Source of the DNA: Hydrogenophaga sp.
GTDB taxonomy: Bacteria > Pseudomonadota > Gammaproteobacteria > Burkholderiales > Burkholderiaceae_C
Length of the DNA: 64,000 bases
Assembly (NCBI GenBank): GCA_025458915.1
Contig: JALORL010000004.1
Coordinates: 1,329 to 65,328 of the forward strand
Reading direction: 5' to 3'
Below, one piece after another: positions 37,694 to 47,428 of the stretch. The number at the start of each line of letters is the position of its first letter. Within the stretch, counting starts at the first letter, position 1. The notes beneath the pieces were generated by a model. That model searched no databases, had not been told where the DNA came from, and saw only the letters and a program-made list of their open reading frames with translations. The position numbers and the translations under genes were made by a program.

Positions 37694-38557
37694 TCATTGC
37701 TTGAACAGGCCTTCGGGCTTGTAGAGCAGCACGGCGGCCATGAGCATGTACACGGCCATGCCCGCCACCTGTGGCACCAGCACCTTGCCAAAGGTGTCCA
37801 CCAGACCCACCAGCAAGGCAGCCACCAGGGCGCCGCGCACCGATCCGATGCCGCCGATCACCACCACCACGAAGCACATGATCAGCACCGAGCTGCCCAT
37901 GCCGGGGTACACGCTGGCAATGGGCGAGGCGATCATGCCGGCGATGGCGGCCAGGCCCACGCCCAGCGCAAACACCACGCCGTGGATGAGCCGGATGTTG
38001 ATGCCCAGGGCTTCGGTCATCTCGCGGTTGAAAGCACCTGCGCGGATCTTCATGCCGAGGCGGGTTTTCGAGATCAGCAGGTACAGGCCGATGGCCAGCG
38101 CCACGCAGATGCCCGACATCACCAGCCGATAGACGGGGTACGACAGGTTTTCCGTGAGCGGGATGGACCAGTTCAGCACCTCCGGCACCTGGACGGCGTG
38201 CACGTCGTCGCCCCACAGGATGGAGCGCAACTCCTCAAAGATGTAGATGAGCCCGAAGGTGAGCAGCACCTGGTCCAGGTGGTCGCGGTGGTAGAAGTGC
38301 CGGAACAGCAGCCACTCGAGCAGCCATCCGAACGCCACGGCCAGCACCACGCCCAGCACGATGGCCAGCGTGAGACTGCCCAGCAGCGAACTGAAGTACC
38401 AGGCCAAGTAGGCTCCCAGCATGTAGAAGCTGCCGTGCGCCAGATTCACCACCCCCATGATCCCGAAGATCAGCGTGAGGCCAGCCGCCAGCATGAACAG
38501 CAGCAATCCGTACTGCAGGCTGTTGAGCAACTGGATCAGGAAGTTGGCAAGGTCCAT
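37694..38557 (-). CDS. ABC transporter permease (LivH-like)
   Basis: GLTLIFGIMGVVNLAHG, VVIGGIGS. Confidence 0.92.
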   Translation of the reverse strand: MDLANFLIQLLNSLQYGLLLFMLAAGLTLIFGIMGVVNLAHGSFYMLGAYLAWYFSSLLGSLTLAIVLGVVLAVAFGWLLEWLLFRHFYHRDHLDQVLLTFGLIYIFEELRSILWGDDVHAVQVPEVLNWSIPLTENLSYPVYRLVMSGICVALAIGLYLLISKTRLGMKIRAGAFNREMTEALGINIRLIHGVVFALGVGLAAIAGMIASPIASVYPGMGSSVLIMCFVVVVIGGIGSVRGALVAALLVGLVDTFGKVLVPQVAGMAVYMLMAAVLLYKPEGLFKQ

Positions 38558-38593
38558 TGGGTGGGGAGGGGTTCAGGAAATGGACACGCGAGC

Positions 38594-38627
38594 AAAAAAC
38601 AGACCAGCGCCTGCAGGGGCTGGTCTG
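38594..38627 (-). terminator. Hairpin with T tract between binding-protein and permease genes
   Basis: CAGACCAGC...GCTGGTCTG stem followed by T6 on the minus strand. Confidence 0.65.
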
Positions 38628-38673
38628 GAGCACGCGGGTACGCCGCTGATGGCGTGTGGTGCAGAGTGACGGC

Positions 38674-39861
38674 TTAGGCCATGCGGCAGCCGGTGGCTGG
38701 GTCGGCCACAGCCTTCTGGGCAATGCCGATCACCTTGTTTTCCTTGTTTTCCACCTTGCGCAGGTACATGTCCTGGATCGGGTTGTGCGCCGGGCTCATG
38801 GTCCACTTGCCACGCGGGCTGTCGATTTCCGCGCCACGCATGGCAGCGTACAGCGCCTGCTTGTTGTTGATGTCGCCCTTGACGGCATTGGCGCCCTTGA
38901 TCAGCAGCAGGCCGGTGTCGTAGCCCTGCACCGCGTACACGTCGGGCTGCATGCGGAAGGTCTTGGCGTACTCCAGTCGGAACTGCTTGTTGCGCGGGGT
39001 GTCCAGCGAGTCGCTGTAGTGCATGGTGGTCAGCACACCGTCGGCTGCCGGGCCGGCGGCTTCCAGCACGCCTTCGGTCAGGAATCCCGAGCCATACAGC
39101 TGGATGTTCTTGTTCAGACCTGCAGCGGCGTAGTCGCGCAGGAACTTGGCAGCGCCCCCGCCAGCGAAGAAGCAGGCCACGGCGTCGGGCTTGAGCGACG
39201 CGATTTCGGTCAGCAGCGCCTGGAACTCCACGTTGGGGAAGGGCAGGCCGAGCTTCTTGATGATGGTGCCGCCGGCTTCGGTGTAGCTCTTCTCGAAACC
39301 CTCGAAGGCTTCATCGCCCGCGGCATAGTTCCAGGTGATCCACACCGCCTTCTTGTGCCCGCGCTCCACCATGGCCTTGCCGAGCGCCAGCGTGGGCTGG
39401 GAGTTGCTGAACGAGGTGCGGAACACGTTGGGAGCGCACTGGCCGCGCGTGGCGACATGCACGCCGGCATTGGGAATCAGGTTCAGTACACCGGTGTCGC
39501 GCGCCACCTTGTGGATGCCCATCTGCACGCCCGAGTGCACGGTGCCCACCAGCACGTCCACCTTGTCACGCTGCACCAGGCGGGTGGCGTTTTCGATGCC
39601 CTTGGCCGGGTTGGATTCGTCGTCGACCTTGAAGAACTCGATCTCACGCCCGCCGAGCTTGCCGCCCTGTTCGTTGAGCGCCATGCGGAAGCCGTTTTCA
39701 ATCGCCACTCCCAATTGCGCAAAGGTGCCGGTGTACGGAAGCATGAAGCCCACGCGCACCTTGTCGGACTGCGCGCGCACGATCTGCGGCAGCAGCAAGC
39801 CGGTGGATGCGGCTCCGATCACGGCGGCGCTGCGGGTGAGGACGAGTCGGCGGGTGGTCAT
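38674..39861 (-). CDS. ABC substrate-binding protein, HAAT family, probable aromatic acid (benzoate/4-hydroxybenzoate)
   Basis: Twin-Arg-like leader, LPYTGTFAQLG, GTVHSGV, NVFRTSFSN, YAAG, YAVQGYD; adjacent to pobA. Confidence 0.85.
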   Translation of the reverse strand: MTTRRLVLTRSAAVIGAASTGLLLPQIVRAQSDKVRVGFMLPYTGTFAQLGVAIENGFRMALNEQGGKLGGREIEFFKVDDESNPAKGIENATRLVQRDKVDVLVGTVHSGVQMGIHKVARDTGVLNLIPNAGVHVATRGQCAPNVFRTSFSNSQPTLALGKAMVERGHKKAVWITWNYAAGDEAFEGFEKSYTEAGGTIIKKLGLPFPNVEFQALLTEIASLKPDAVACFFAGGGAAKFLRDYAAAGLNKNIQLYGSGFLTEGVLEAAGPAADGVLTTMHYSDSLDTPRNKQFRLEYAKTFRMQPDVYAVQGYDTGLLLIKGANAVKGDINNKQALYAAMRGAEIDSPRGKWTMSPAHNPIQDMYLRKVENKENKVIGIAQKAVADPATGCRMA

Positions 39862-40171
39862 GGGGTTCTCCTGTGGGTGGGTTGCCGGGGTGCGGGTCAA
39901 TGTAGACGGGTGGTTCGGGAATGACGATCCAGAAATACCCCTACTTCAGAAATGAATTGTTTAAACCTGAAATGAATGGTGCGTGCATGAAGCCATGCCT
40001 GGTGCCTGCACAAGCCTGGGCGGTCCCCGCTTCTGACATGTCGCGAAAGGCGACGCCTGTCGTTCCATGATCTAAAGTGCATTGGGCTGACCACTGGCTT
40101 ATGGATCTGTCACTGCCAAGGGGTTCTTCTGGTTTGCTTGTTTGTGCGACGCTGGCGATGCCAACAGTTTC

Positions 40172-40185
40172 TGCAATATAGTGCA
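40172..40185. promoter_or_regulatory. TGCA-N6-TGCA palindrome (BzdR/BoxR-like operator candidate)
   Basis: TGCAATATAGTGCA upstream of the transporter operon. Confidence 0.5.
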
Positions 40186-40303
40186 TAAAACAGCCAATCC
40201 AGTCAGGGGAAACCCTTTGCTTTCCCCTTGGCTTTCTGTGTCGTTCACGGCTCCACGGCAACAGCGATGCCGCAATGCCACCGCACGGTGCGACACTTGG
40301 GCG

Positions 40304-41146
40304 ATGAACCGATCCACCACCCCGTCGACCCCGGCTGCCGCTCCCGCCCAGAATGCCGCCGTTGCGCCCGCCGCAGCCCAGTTGCAGGCGCCGGTGGACC
40401 CGTTGTTCCTTGCCGCACCCCAGGTCTCCACCTTTCTGGGAGACCAGCCACTGACCAACGCCACCGGGTTTTTCTTTGAGCGCGACGAGCACCTGTTCCT
40501 CGTGACCAGCCGGCATGTGGTGGTGGACGAAAACTCGCAGCACTTTCCGGATCGACTGGTCATCGAATTGCACACCGATGCCCGCAACCTCACGTTGTCC
40601 ACCGGCTTCTCGGTGCCGCTGTACGTGAGCGGCGCTGCGGTGTGGCGGCAGGGCAGCGACGGCGGTGGCGACATTGATGTGGCCGTCATCGAGTTGCAGC
40701 GTTCGGCCTTCCCTGCCAACGCCGTGATCCGTGCGTTCACCCCGGCCCACCTGCAGACGTCGTTCGACGGAGTACCGCCCGGCCAGTCGCTGCTGGTGGT
40801 CGGTTTTCCTCTGGGTTTCCACGATGTGTTGCACCACCTGCCGGTGTTGCGGCACGCGGTCGTGGCATCCCCCTACGGCATCCGCTTTCAGGGCCACGGC
40901 TATTTCCTCACCGATGCCCGCACCCACCGGGGAACCAGCGGCGCTGCGGTGGTCATGCACGACCCGGCCCCCGGCGAAACCACGCGCGAGCTGCCCTGGA
41001 AGCTGCTCGGGGTGCATTCCGCGCGCATGGACATGGGCAACCGCGACGAAACGCAGGACGAGTCCCTGGGGCTGAACTGTGCCTGGTACGCGGACATCCT
41101 GCTGACTCTGACCGAACCCGCCACGGACGAAACCACCACCGGCTGA
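40304..41146 (+). CDS. Trypsin-like serine protease domain protein, no signal peptide or PDZ
   Basis: ATGFF, VTSRHV (His), DVAVI (Asp), VVGFP, GTSGAAV (Ser), LLGVH. Confidence 0.82.
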   Translation: MNRSTTPSTPAAAPAQNAAVAPAAAQLQAPVDPLFLAAPQVSTFLGDQPLTNATGFFFERDEHLFLVTSRHVVVDENSQHFPDRLVIELHTDARNLTLSTGFSVPLYVSGAAVWRQGSDGGGDIDVAVIELQRSAFPANAVIRAFTPAHLQTSFDGVPPGQSLLVVGFPLGFHDVLHHLPVLRHAVVASPYGIRFQGHGYFLTDARTHRGTSGAAVVMHDPAPGETTRELPWKLLGVHSARMDMGNRDETQDESLGLNCAWYADILLTLTEPATDETTTG

Positions 41147-41207
41147 GCCGCAGCAGCCTGGCAGCCTGCCAGCGATCGGTCAGTCCGGGCAGACTTCCCG
41201 CACTCCC

Positions 41208-42332
41208 ATGAGCCCATCCACTTCACCGCCCAGCTCGGTCACCACGGCCATTCGCGCAGCCGTTCGCACCAGCCCGGACTATCCGTTCGACCTGGTTGCC
41301 GCGCCAGTCAAACTCGACCAGAACGAAGCCAGCGCCGATTTTCCGGCCGCGCTCAAGGCCCTTGCACTGGAGCGCATCCAGCGGTTGCCCTGGCACCGTT
41401 ACACCGACCTGAACGCCGAAGGGCTTTGCGCAGCGATTGCCCGGCACGAAGGCTGGGATCCTGCGGGTGTGGTGGTCACCACCGGCAGCAACGTACTCAT
41501 TGCCCTGCTGATCCAGCTCAGCGCCATTGGCGGGCGCGTGGTGACCGTCAAGCCCAACTTCGCCCTGTACGCGCTGGATGCCCGGTTGCTCGGTGCCGCG
41601 CTCACCGAAGTGCCGTTGAACGACAGGCATTCCATCGATGTGGAGGCTCTGGCGGCTGTGTTGGCTGGCACCGTCCCCGCAGCCGAGGGCGAAGAAGGCG
41701 GCGTTGCTGCGCCGCCCAAGGGGGTGGTCTACCTGCCCCGACCACATGCCCCCACCGGGTCGGTGTGCGGACTGGACGAACTCGAGCGGCTGGCCCAGCT
41801 GAGCGCTGGCTGGCTGCTGGTGGTGGACGAGGCCTACCACCAGTTCGCCGACTCAAATGCCGAAGACCTGGCGCGCCGACATCCCAACGTGGTCCTCCTG
41901 CGAACCTTTTCCAAGGCCTGGGGCCTGGCGGGCTTGCGTCTGGGCTATGCCCTCACGTCGTCCGCCGTGGCCTCGCAGTTGCGCAAGCTGGCACCGCCGT
42001 TCGGCGTATCCCTGCTGCAATCCGAGTGCGCCCACGTTGCCCTGGAACACAGCAGCTACATGGTGGAACGTGTGCGCCAGACCGTGCTGGAGCGCGAGCG
42101 CCTCTTCAACGCGCTCGTGCGCCACCCGCTCTGGCAGGTCTATCCGTCGCAAGGCAACTTCCTGCTGGTGCGCACTCCGGACGCCGCAAAAGCGCATGCG
42201 GATCTGCTGGGCCAGGGCGTCCTGGTGCGCCGGCAGGACAAGCTGCATGGGTTGCAGGGATGCTTCCGCGTTACCGTGGGATCGCCGGAGGACAACACGC
42301 GGTTTTTGCGGGCCGCGGGTCTTGAAGGCTGA
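41208..42332 (+). CDS. hisC: Histidinol-phosphate aminotransferase-like PLP enzyme
   Basis: KLDQNE, DEAY, RTFSKAWGLAGLRLGY, RVTVG; PHAPTG in place of PNNPTG. Confidence 0.8.
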   Translation: MSPSTSPPSSVTTAIRAAVRTSPDYPFDLVAAPVKLDQNEASADFPAALKALALERIQRLPWHRYTDLNAEGLCAAIARHEGWDPAGVVVTTGSNVLIALLIQLSAIGGRVVTVKPNFALYALDARLLGAALTEVPLNDRHSIDVEALAAVLAGTVPAAEGEEGGVAAPPKGVVYLPRPHAPTGSVCGLDELERLAQLSAGWLLVVDEAYHQFADSNAEDLARRHPNVVLLRTFSKAWGLAGLRLGYALTSSAVASQLRKLAPPFGVSLLQSECAHVALEHSSYMVERVRQTVLERERLFNALVRHPLWQVYPSQGNFLLVRTPDAAKAHADLLGQGVLVRRQDKLHGLQGCFRVTVGSPEDNTRFLRAAGLEG

Positions 42333-42392
42333 AGAACAGCAGCGTGCGCTGGGGCAGGGTCTGCGGGAAAGAGTTGCCGGAGGGTCTGGGTT

Positions 42393-42469
42393 TGGCCTGC
42401 CCGGAGGGACTCGAACCCCCGACCTGCTGCTTAGAAGGCAGCTGCTCTATCCGGTTGAGCTACGGGCAG
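42393..42469 (-). tRNA. tRNA-Arg (anticodon UCU)
   Basis: 77 nt CTGCCCG..GCTGC-CT-TCT-AA-GCAGC..GTTCGAGTC..CGGGCAGGCCA. Confidence 0.96.
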
Positions 42470-42499
42470 ACAGGGTTTGGTGCGCGGGGCACCGCGATG

Positions 42500-42526
42500 A
42501 AAAAGGCCCACGCTGTGGGCCTTTTT
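42500..42526. terminator. Bidirectional intrinsic terminator between tRNA-Pro and tRNA-Arg
   Basis: AAAAAGGCCCAC-GCT-GTGGGCCTTTTT. Confidence 0.75.
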
Positions 42527-42537
42527 GTTCTGGTCAA

Positions 42538-42614
42538 TGGTCGGAGCGGCGGGATTCGAACTCGCGACCCTCTGCTCCCAAAGCAGATGCGCTACCAGGC
42601 TGCGCTACGCTCCG
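42538..42614 (-). tRNA. tRNA-Pro (anticodon UGG)
   Basis: 77 nt CGGAGCG..TCTGC-TT-TGG-GA-GCAGA..GTTCGAATC..CGCTCCGACCA; TACAAT -10 at 42627-42632. Confidence 0.96.
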
Positions 42615-42671
42615 ACTAAGCCACGCATTGTACCCTGCGAACTGCAGCATTTCCGGGGTGGAATCGGCCGT

Positions 42672-43376
42672 TCAATTTTTTTTGTACTGGGTGCTGCCGA
42701 ACAGGGTCTCGCGCGCCTTGGCGTCGGTCAGGGGTTTGCGGGCGTGGGCCAGAACGGCAACGCCGCGCTGCACAGCGGGGCGTGCCGCGATGCGGTCGAA
42801 CCAGGCCTTGGCATGCGGATAGTCTGTCCAGTCGATGCCCTGGTTCTGCCAGCTTCGCACCCACGGGAAGATGGCGATGTCGGCGATGGTGTACTGGCTG
42901 CCCGCCATGAAGCGGTGCTTTGCGAGCTGCTTGTCCATGACGCCGTACAGGCGCCTGGCCTCGTTGGTGTAGCGGTTGACGGCATAGTCGATCTTTTCTG
43001 GCGCGTAGATGCGGAAGTGGTGCGCCTGCCCCAGCATCGGGCCCACGCCGCCCATCTGGAACATGAGCCACTGCAGCACCTCGAATTTCTGCCGGTCCGA
43101 ACGTGGCAGAAACCTGCCCGACTTGGCCGCCAGGTACAGCAAGATCGCGCCCGACTCGAACAGGCTGATCGGTTTGCCGTCCGGGCCGTCGGAGTCCACC
43201 ATGGCGGGGATCTTGTTGTTCGGACTGATTTTGAGGAACTCCGGCTGGAACTGGTCGCCTTGGCCAATGTCGATCGGGTGCACCCGCCAGTCGCGGCCAA
43301 GCCTCCAGCCGCATTCCTCCAGCATGATGTGGACTTTGTGGCCGTTGGGCGTGGCCCAGGAGTAAAGGTCAATCAT
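42672..43376 (-). CDS. Glutathione S-transferase, Nu class (YfcG/YghU-like)
   Basis: TPNGHKV, PNNKIP, FESGAIL, FQMGGVGPMLGQ. Confidence 0.9.
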   Translation of the reverse strand: MIDLYSWATPNGHKVHIMLEECGWRLGRDWRVHPIDIGQGDQFQPEFLKISPNNKIPAMVDSDGPDGKPISLFESGAILLYLAAKSGRFLPRSDRQKFEVLQWLMFQMGGVGPMLGQAHHFRIYAPEKIDYAVNRYTNEARRLYGVMDKQLAKHRFMAGSQYTIADIAIFPWVRSWQNQGIDWTDYPHAKAWFDRIAARPAVQRGVAVLAHARKPLTDAKARETLFGSTQYKKN

Positions 43377-43439
43377 GGCGTCGCAGCCCTTGCGGGCAGA
43401 GGTTGCAGATAATTTGACTTTAAGAGGATTCGACATTGC

Positions 43440-44108
43440 ATGTTTGACCGCATCAAGAACGCCATGAACCTGCGGCGGGCCCCACCCGCCACACAGCCGC
43501 AGTTGCAGGCCTGGGCGGATGCGCGAGGCCTGAATCTGCAGGGACGCAAAGAAGGTGGTTTCTCACTGGCTGGCGCTTGGAACGGGCATCTGTTTCGGGC
43601 CGAATGCGCGCCTTCCACCCGCAACTACATCCGGGGGTTCGAACTCAAGGCCCGTGTCGAGCTTTCGGTTCAACCCGAGGTAGGACTGGTTCTGATGAAC
43701 CGCGCGCTCAAGTCCACGTTTGAAGCCCAGGCCAATGCGCTGTTTGAGGACGTAACCGATCCCCTGGAAACGCGCGCACGGCAGGTACCGGAGGAGGTGC
43801 GCTGGTTGTCCCTGTACCGCGACGCCGGCTGGACAGGCCCACCCGCCGGCTTCTGGTCGCGGTACGCCGTGCTGACCGACACAGCCGAGGTTGCCCGCGA
43901 AAGCCTGAACGAGGCATTGGTGACGCAGTTGATGCAGTGGCCGGCTCACCAGCCCGAAGGCGCTCCCATGCTGTACGTCCTGGACAGCGGGAGCACCTAC
44001 CTGCGCCTGCAGATGGACCGGTCGGTCAGTGCCGACGTGGCCGTGCACGCGCTCGACGTCCTGGGCCTTTTCAGCGCGCAGGTCGCCAAGGTACTCGCCC
44101 CGCGCTGA
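43440..44108 (+). CDS. Hypothetical protein (222 aa)
   Basis: ATG ORF with plausible codon usage filling the gap; no recognised motif. Confidence 0.7.
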   Translation: MFDRIKNAMNLRRAPPATQPQLQAWADARGLNLQGRKEGGFSLAGAWNGHLFRAECAPSTRNYIRGFELKARVELSVQPEVGLVLMNRALKSTFEAQANALFEDVTDPLETRARQVPEEVRWLSLYRDAGWTGPPAGFWSRYAVLTDTAEVARESLNEALVTQLMQWPAHQPEGAPMLYVLDSGSTYLRLQMDRSVSADVAVHALDVLGLFSAQVAKVLAPR

Positions 44109-44144
44109 CCCTGCCACACCGGGCGGGGCCTGCGGGGCAAGGAA

Positions 44145-45404
44145 TCAGCAGCCGCGGGTCACGGGCATGTCCACGTCGGTCTTGACCACCATGTGTTTGG
44201 CCAGTTCCAGCTTGGCAATCGACTGGCGGTGCACCTCGTCCGGGCCGTCGGCCAGCCGCAACGTGCGCTGGTTGGCGTAGGCATAGGCCAGCGGGAAATC
44301 GTCGCTCACGCCACCACCGCCATGGGCCTGGATGGCCATGTCGATCACATCGCAGGCCATGTTCGGCGCCACCACCTTGATCATCGCGATCTCGGCCTTG
44401 GCCACCTTGTTGCCCACGGTGTCCATCATGTAGGCCGCCTTCAGGGTGAGCAGGCGCGCCATCTCGATGCGGCAGCGCGCATCGGCAATGCGCTCGTGCC
44501 ACACACTCTGGGCCGACACCGGCTTGCCGAAGGCTACACGGCTGTTCAGGCGTTTGCACATCAGCTCCAGCGCGCGTTCGGCCGCGCCGATGGAGCGCAT
44601 GCAGTGGTGGATGCGGCCCGGGCCCAAGCGGCCCTGGGCAATCTCGAAGCCGCGGCCTTCGCCCAGCAGCAGGTTGCCGACTGGCACGCGAACGTTCTCC
44701 AGCACCACCTCCATGTGGCCGTGGGGCGCATCGTCGTAGCCGAAAACGCTCAGCGGTCGGATCACCTTGATGCCCTTGCTGTTGGCCGGCACGATGATCA
44801 TCGACTGCTGCGAGTGGCGCGGCGCATCCGGGTTGCTCTTGCCCATCACGATGTAGACCGCGCAGCGCGGATCGCCCGCCCCGGACGACCACCACTTGCG
44901 GCCATTGATCACGTACTCGTCACCATCGCGCTCGATGCGGCACTGGATGTTGGTGGCATCGCTCGAAGCCACCTCCGGCTCGGTCATCAGGAAGGCCGAG
45001 CGGATTTCGCCCCGCAGCAACGGCTCCAGCCATTGGTCCTTGAGCTCTTCGCTGGCATAGCGCTCGAAGGTTTCCATGTTGCCGGTGTCGGGCGCCGAGC
45101 AGTTGAACACCTCGGCTGCGAACGGCACCCTGCCCATGATTTCGCACAGCGGCGCATATTCAAGGTTCGACAACCCTTCCGGCGCGCGCGGGCTGCGTGG
45201 CAGGAACAGGTTCCACAGGCCGGCCGCCCGTGCCTTGGGCTTGAGCTCTTCGATCAACGTGGTCGGAATCCACGCGTTGCCCTTGGCACGGTTGGCGGCG
45301 ATTTCGGCGAAGAAGCGGGCTTCGTTCGGGTAGACGTGTTCGTCCATGAAGGCCAGAAGGCGCTCGCGCATGTCCTTGACCTTGTCGGTGTAATCGAAGT
45401 TCAT
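44145..45404 (-). CDS. Acyl-CoA dehydrogenase (ACAD10/11, LvaC-like)
   Basis: [49 protein letters not shown]. Confidence 0.92.
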   Translation of the reverse strand: MNFDYTDKVKDMRERLLAFMDEHVYPNEARFFAEIAANRAKGNAWIPTTLIEELKPKARAAGLWNLFLPRSPRAPEGLSNLEYAPLCEIMGRVPFAAEVFNCSAPDTGNMETFERYASEELKDQWLEPLLRGEIRSAFLMTEPEVASSDATNIQCRIERDGDEYVINGRKWWSSGAGDPRCAVYIVMGKSNPDAPRHSQQSMIIVPANSKGIKVIRPLSVFGYDDAPHGHMEVVLENVRVPVGNLLLGEGRGFEIAQGRLGPGRIHHCMRSIGAAERALELMCKRLNSRVAFGKPVSAQSVWHERIADARCRIEMARLLTLKAAYMMDTVGNKVAKAEIAMIKVVAPNMACDVIDMAIQAHGGGGVSDDFPLAYAYANQRTLRLADGPDEVHRQSIAKLELAKHMVVKTDVDMPVTRGC

Positions 45405-45445
45405 CGTTTCTCCTGTGGGGTGTTTCGTGAGGATGGGGTGGGGCT

Positions 45446-46531
45446 TCAGCCGGCGCTGGCAAACCGCCACGCCATCTCGGCCAGGGGTTTGGCGCCGGCA
45501 GCCGACGTCACGGCCTGCGCGCTGGAGGCGGTGCCGGTTTCAACGCGTTTGGCAATGCCTTGCAGGATGGCTGCGAGGCGGAACATGTTGTAGGCCAGGT
45601 AGAAGTTCCAGTCCGCCTTGAGCTGCTCGGGCGTGGCGAACCCGGTGCGTTCGCAGTAGCGGGCGATGTAGTCGGCCTCGCGCGGAATGCCCAGCGCGTC
45701 CACATCCAGCCCACCGATGCCGCGGAATGTGCCGGGCGGAATGTGCCAGGTCATGCAGTGGTAGCTGAAGTCGGCCAGCGGATGGCCCAGGGTGGAAAGC
45801 TCCCAGTCCAGCACGGCTAGCACGCGGGGCTCGGTGGGGTGGAACATCAGGTTGTCCAGCCTGTAGTCGCCATGCACAACCGACACCAGGCTCTCGTCCC
45901 GCGCCATCGTCGGAATGTTCTGCGGCAGCCATTCCATGAGCCGGTCCATCTCCGGGATGGGCTGGGTGATGGACGCCACATATTGCTTGCTCCAGCGGCC
46001 GATCTGGCGCTCGAAGTAGTTGCCGGGCTTGCCGTAACCCTCCAGTCCAACGGCATCGGGCTTCACCGAGTGCAAGGCCGCCATCACCCGGTTCATTTCG
46101 TCGTAGATGGCCGCCCGGTCTTCTCTTGCCAGTTCAGGCAAAGACTGGTCCCACATCACGCGGCCCTGCACGCACTCCATCACGTAGAAGGCGCGCCCGA
46201 TCACGGACTCGTCTTCGCACAGCACGTGCATCTGTGCCACTGGCACACCGGTACCGCACAGGGCGCTCATCACCTTGAATTCGCGCTCGATGGCATGCGC
46301 CGACGGCAGCAACTTGGCCACTGGCCCGGGCTTGGCGCGCATCACGTAGGCCTGCCCCGGCGTGATGAGCTTGTAGGTGGGGTTGGACTGGCCGCCCTTG
46401 AACATCTCCACCTGCAGCGGCCCCTCGAAGCCGGGCAGGTGTTGTTTCAACCAAGCGGTCAGGGCTGCTTCGTCGAAGGCATGCTGTTCGGACACCGGGC
46501 GCGTGCCCACAAAATTCTTGTTGACACTCAT
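45446..46531 (-). CDS. APH-like phosphotransferase (ACAD10/11 kinase domain, LvaA-like)
   Basis: [33 protein letters not shown]. Confidence 0.9.
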   Translation of the reverse strand: MSVNKNFVGTRPVSEQHAFDEAALTAWLKQHLPGFEGPLQVEMFKGGQSNPTYKLITPGQAYVMRAKPGPVAKLLPSAHAIEREFKVMSALCGTGVPVAQMHVLCEDESVIGRAFYVMECVQGRVMWDQSLPELAREDRAAIYDEMNRVMAALHSVKPDAVGLEGYGKPGNYFERQIGRWSKQYVASITQPIPEMDRLMEWLPQNIPTMARDESLVSVVHGDYRLDNLMFHPTEPRVLAVLDWELSTLGHPLADFSYHCMTWHIPPGTFRGIGGLDVDALGIPREADYIARYCERTGFATPEQLKADWNFYLAYNMFRLAAILQGIAKRVETGTASSAQAVTSAAGAKPLAEMAWRFASAG

Positions 46532-46577
46532 TCGGGTGACCGCTCGGGGTTCAACGGCGCCAGGCGCCACAGGGGTT

Positions 46578-47297
46578 TCAGGACTCGGCTTCGGCGATGC
46601 GCATCAGCATTTCGCGGTTGCGGATCACCAGACCACCCTGCTCGATGCGGATGGCGTTCTCCCGCTCCATCGACTTCAGTTCCTGGTTCACGCGCTGGCG
46701 CGAAGCGCCCAGCAGTTGCGCCAGTTCTTCCTGCGCCAGTTGCAGGCCGATGCGCATTTCGTTGCCGTCGCTCAGGCAGGGCACACCATAGCTGCGCACC
46801 AGGTGCAGCAGTTGCTTGGCCAGCCGCGCGCGCAAGGGCAGGGTGTTGAGATCTTCCACCAGGCCGAAGAGTGTTCGGATACGCCGAGCCTGCAGCCGCA
46901 TGAGCGCTTCGTACAACTCCACATGGGTGCTGAGAATTTTCTGGAAATCGTTGCGGGCCACGCACAGCAGCGTGGTGGGGCCATGCGCATAGGCATCGTG
47001 CGTGCGCTGGTCGCCGTCGAACATCGCCACATCGCCGAACCACACGCCTGGCTCCACATAGGTCAGCGTGATCTGCTTGCCCGAAAGGGAGGTGGAGCTC
47101 ACCCGCACCGCTCCCTTGGCCACCGCCGACCACTCGCTGGGCGGATCGCCTCGGGCGACGATCAGATCGCCGTCCTTGAATCGCTTGACGTAGGCGCATC
47201 GCAGGATGTCGTGTCGCAGGGACGGGGAAAGGCTGTTGAACCAGCGACCACTGTTGATCGCCTCGCGTTCTTCCATTGTCAGAATCGGTTCGTCCAT
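46578..47297 (-). CDS. Crp/Fnr family transcriptional regulator
   Basis: cNMP-like domain (WFGDVA..RTHDA), HTH QEELAQLLGASRQRVN. Confidence 0.9.
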   Translation of the reverse strand: MDEPILTMEEREAINSGRWFNSLSPSLRHDILRCAYVKRFKDGDLIVARGDPPSEWSAVAKGAVRVSSTSLSGKQITLTYVEPGVWFGDVAMFDGDQRTHDAYAHGPTTLLCVARNDFQKILSTHVELYEALMRLQARRIRTLFGLVEDLNTLPLRARLAKQLLHLVRSYGVPCLSDGNEMRIGLQLAQEELAQLLGASRQRVNQELKSMERENAIRIEQGGLVIRNREMLMRIAEAES

Positions 47298-47428
47298 CGG
47301 CTGTCTTATGAGTGACTGAATGTGTGGGGATTGTCGCCACTGGGACCCTGTCAGCGCATCAGGAAATGCGCAGACCTTGTCCCGCTGGCGTCTGGAAGTG
47401 CGCGTTTGCGTTCGGGTCTTTTCGCGGG

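Noticed and set aside
39862-40303. Riboswitch, sigma54 promoter or small ORF in the long intergenic region
   Set aside because: No aptamer consensus recognised; the best GG..GC spacing was 11 nt rather than 10; no ORF with RBS support.
42333-42620. tRNA pair as an integration site for a genomic island
   Set aside because: No integrase and no duplicated tRNA 3' end were found in the window, and there is no clear compositional break.
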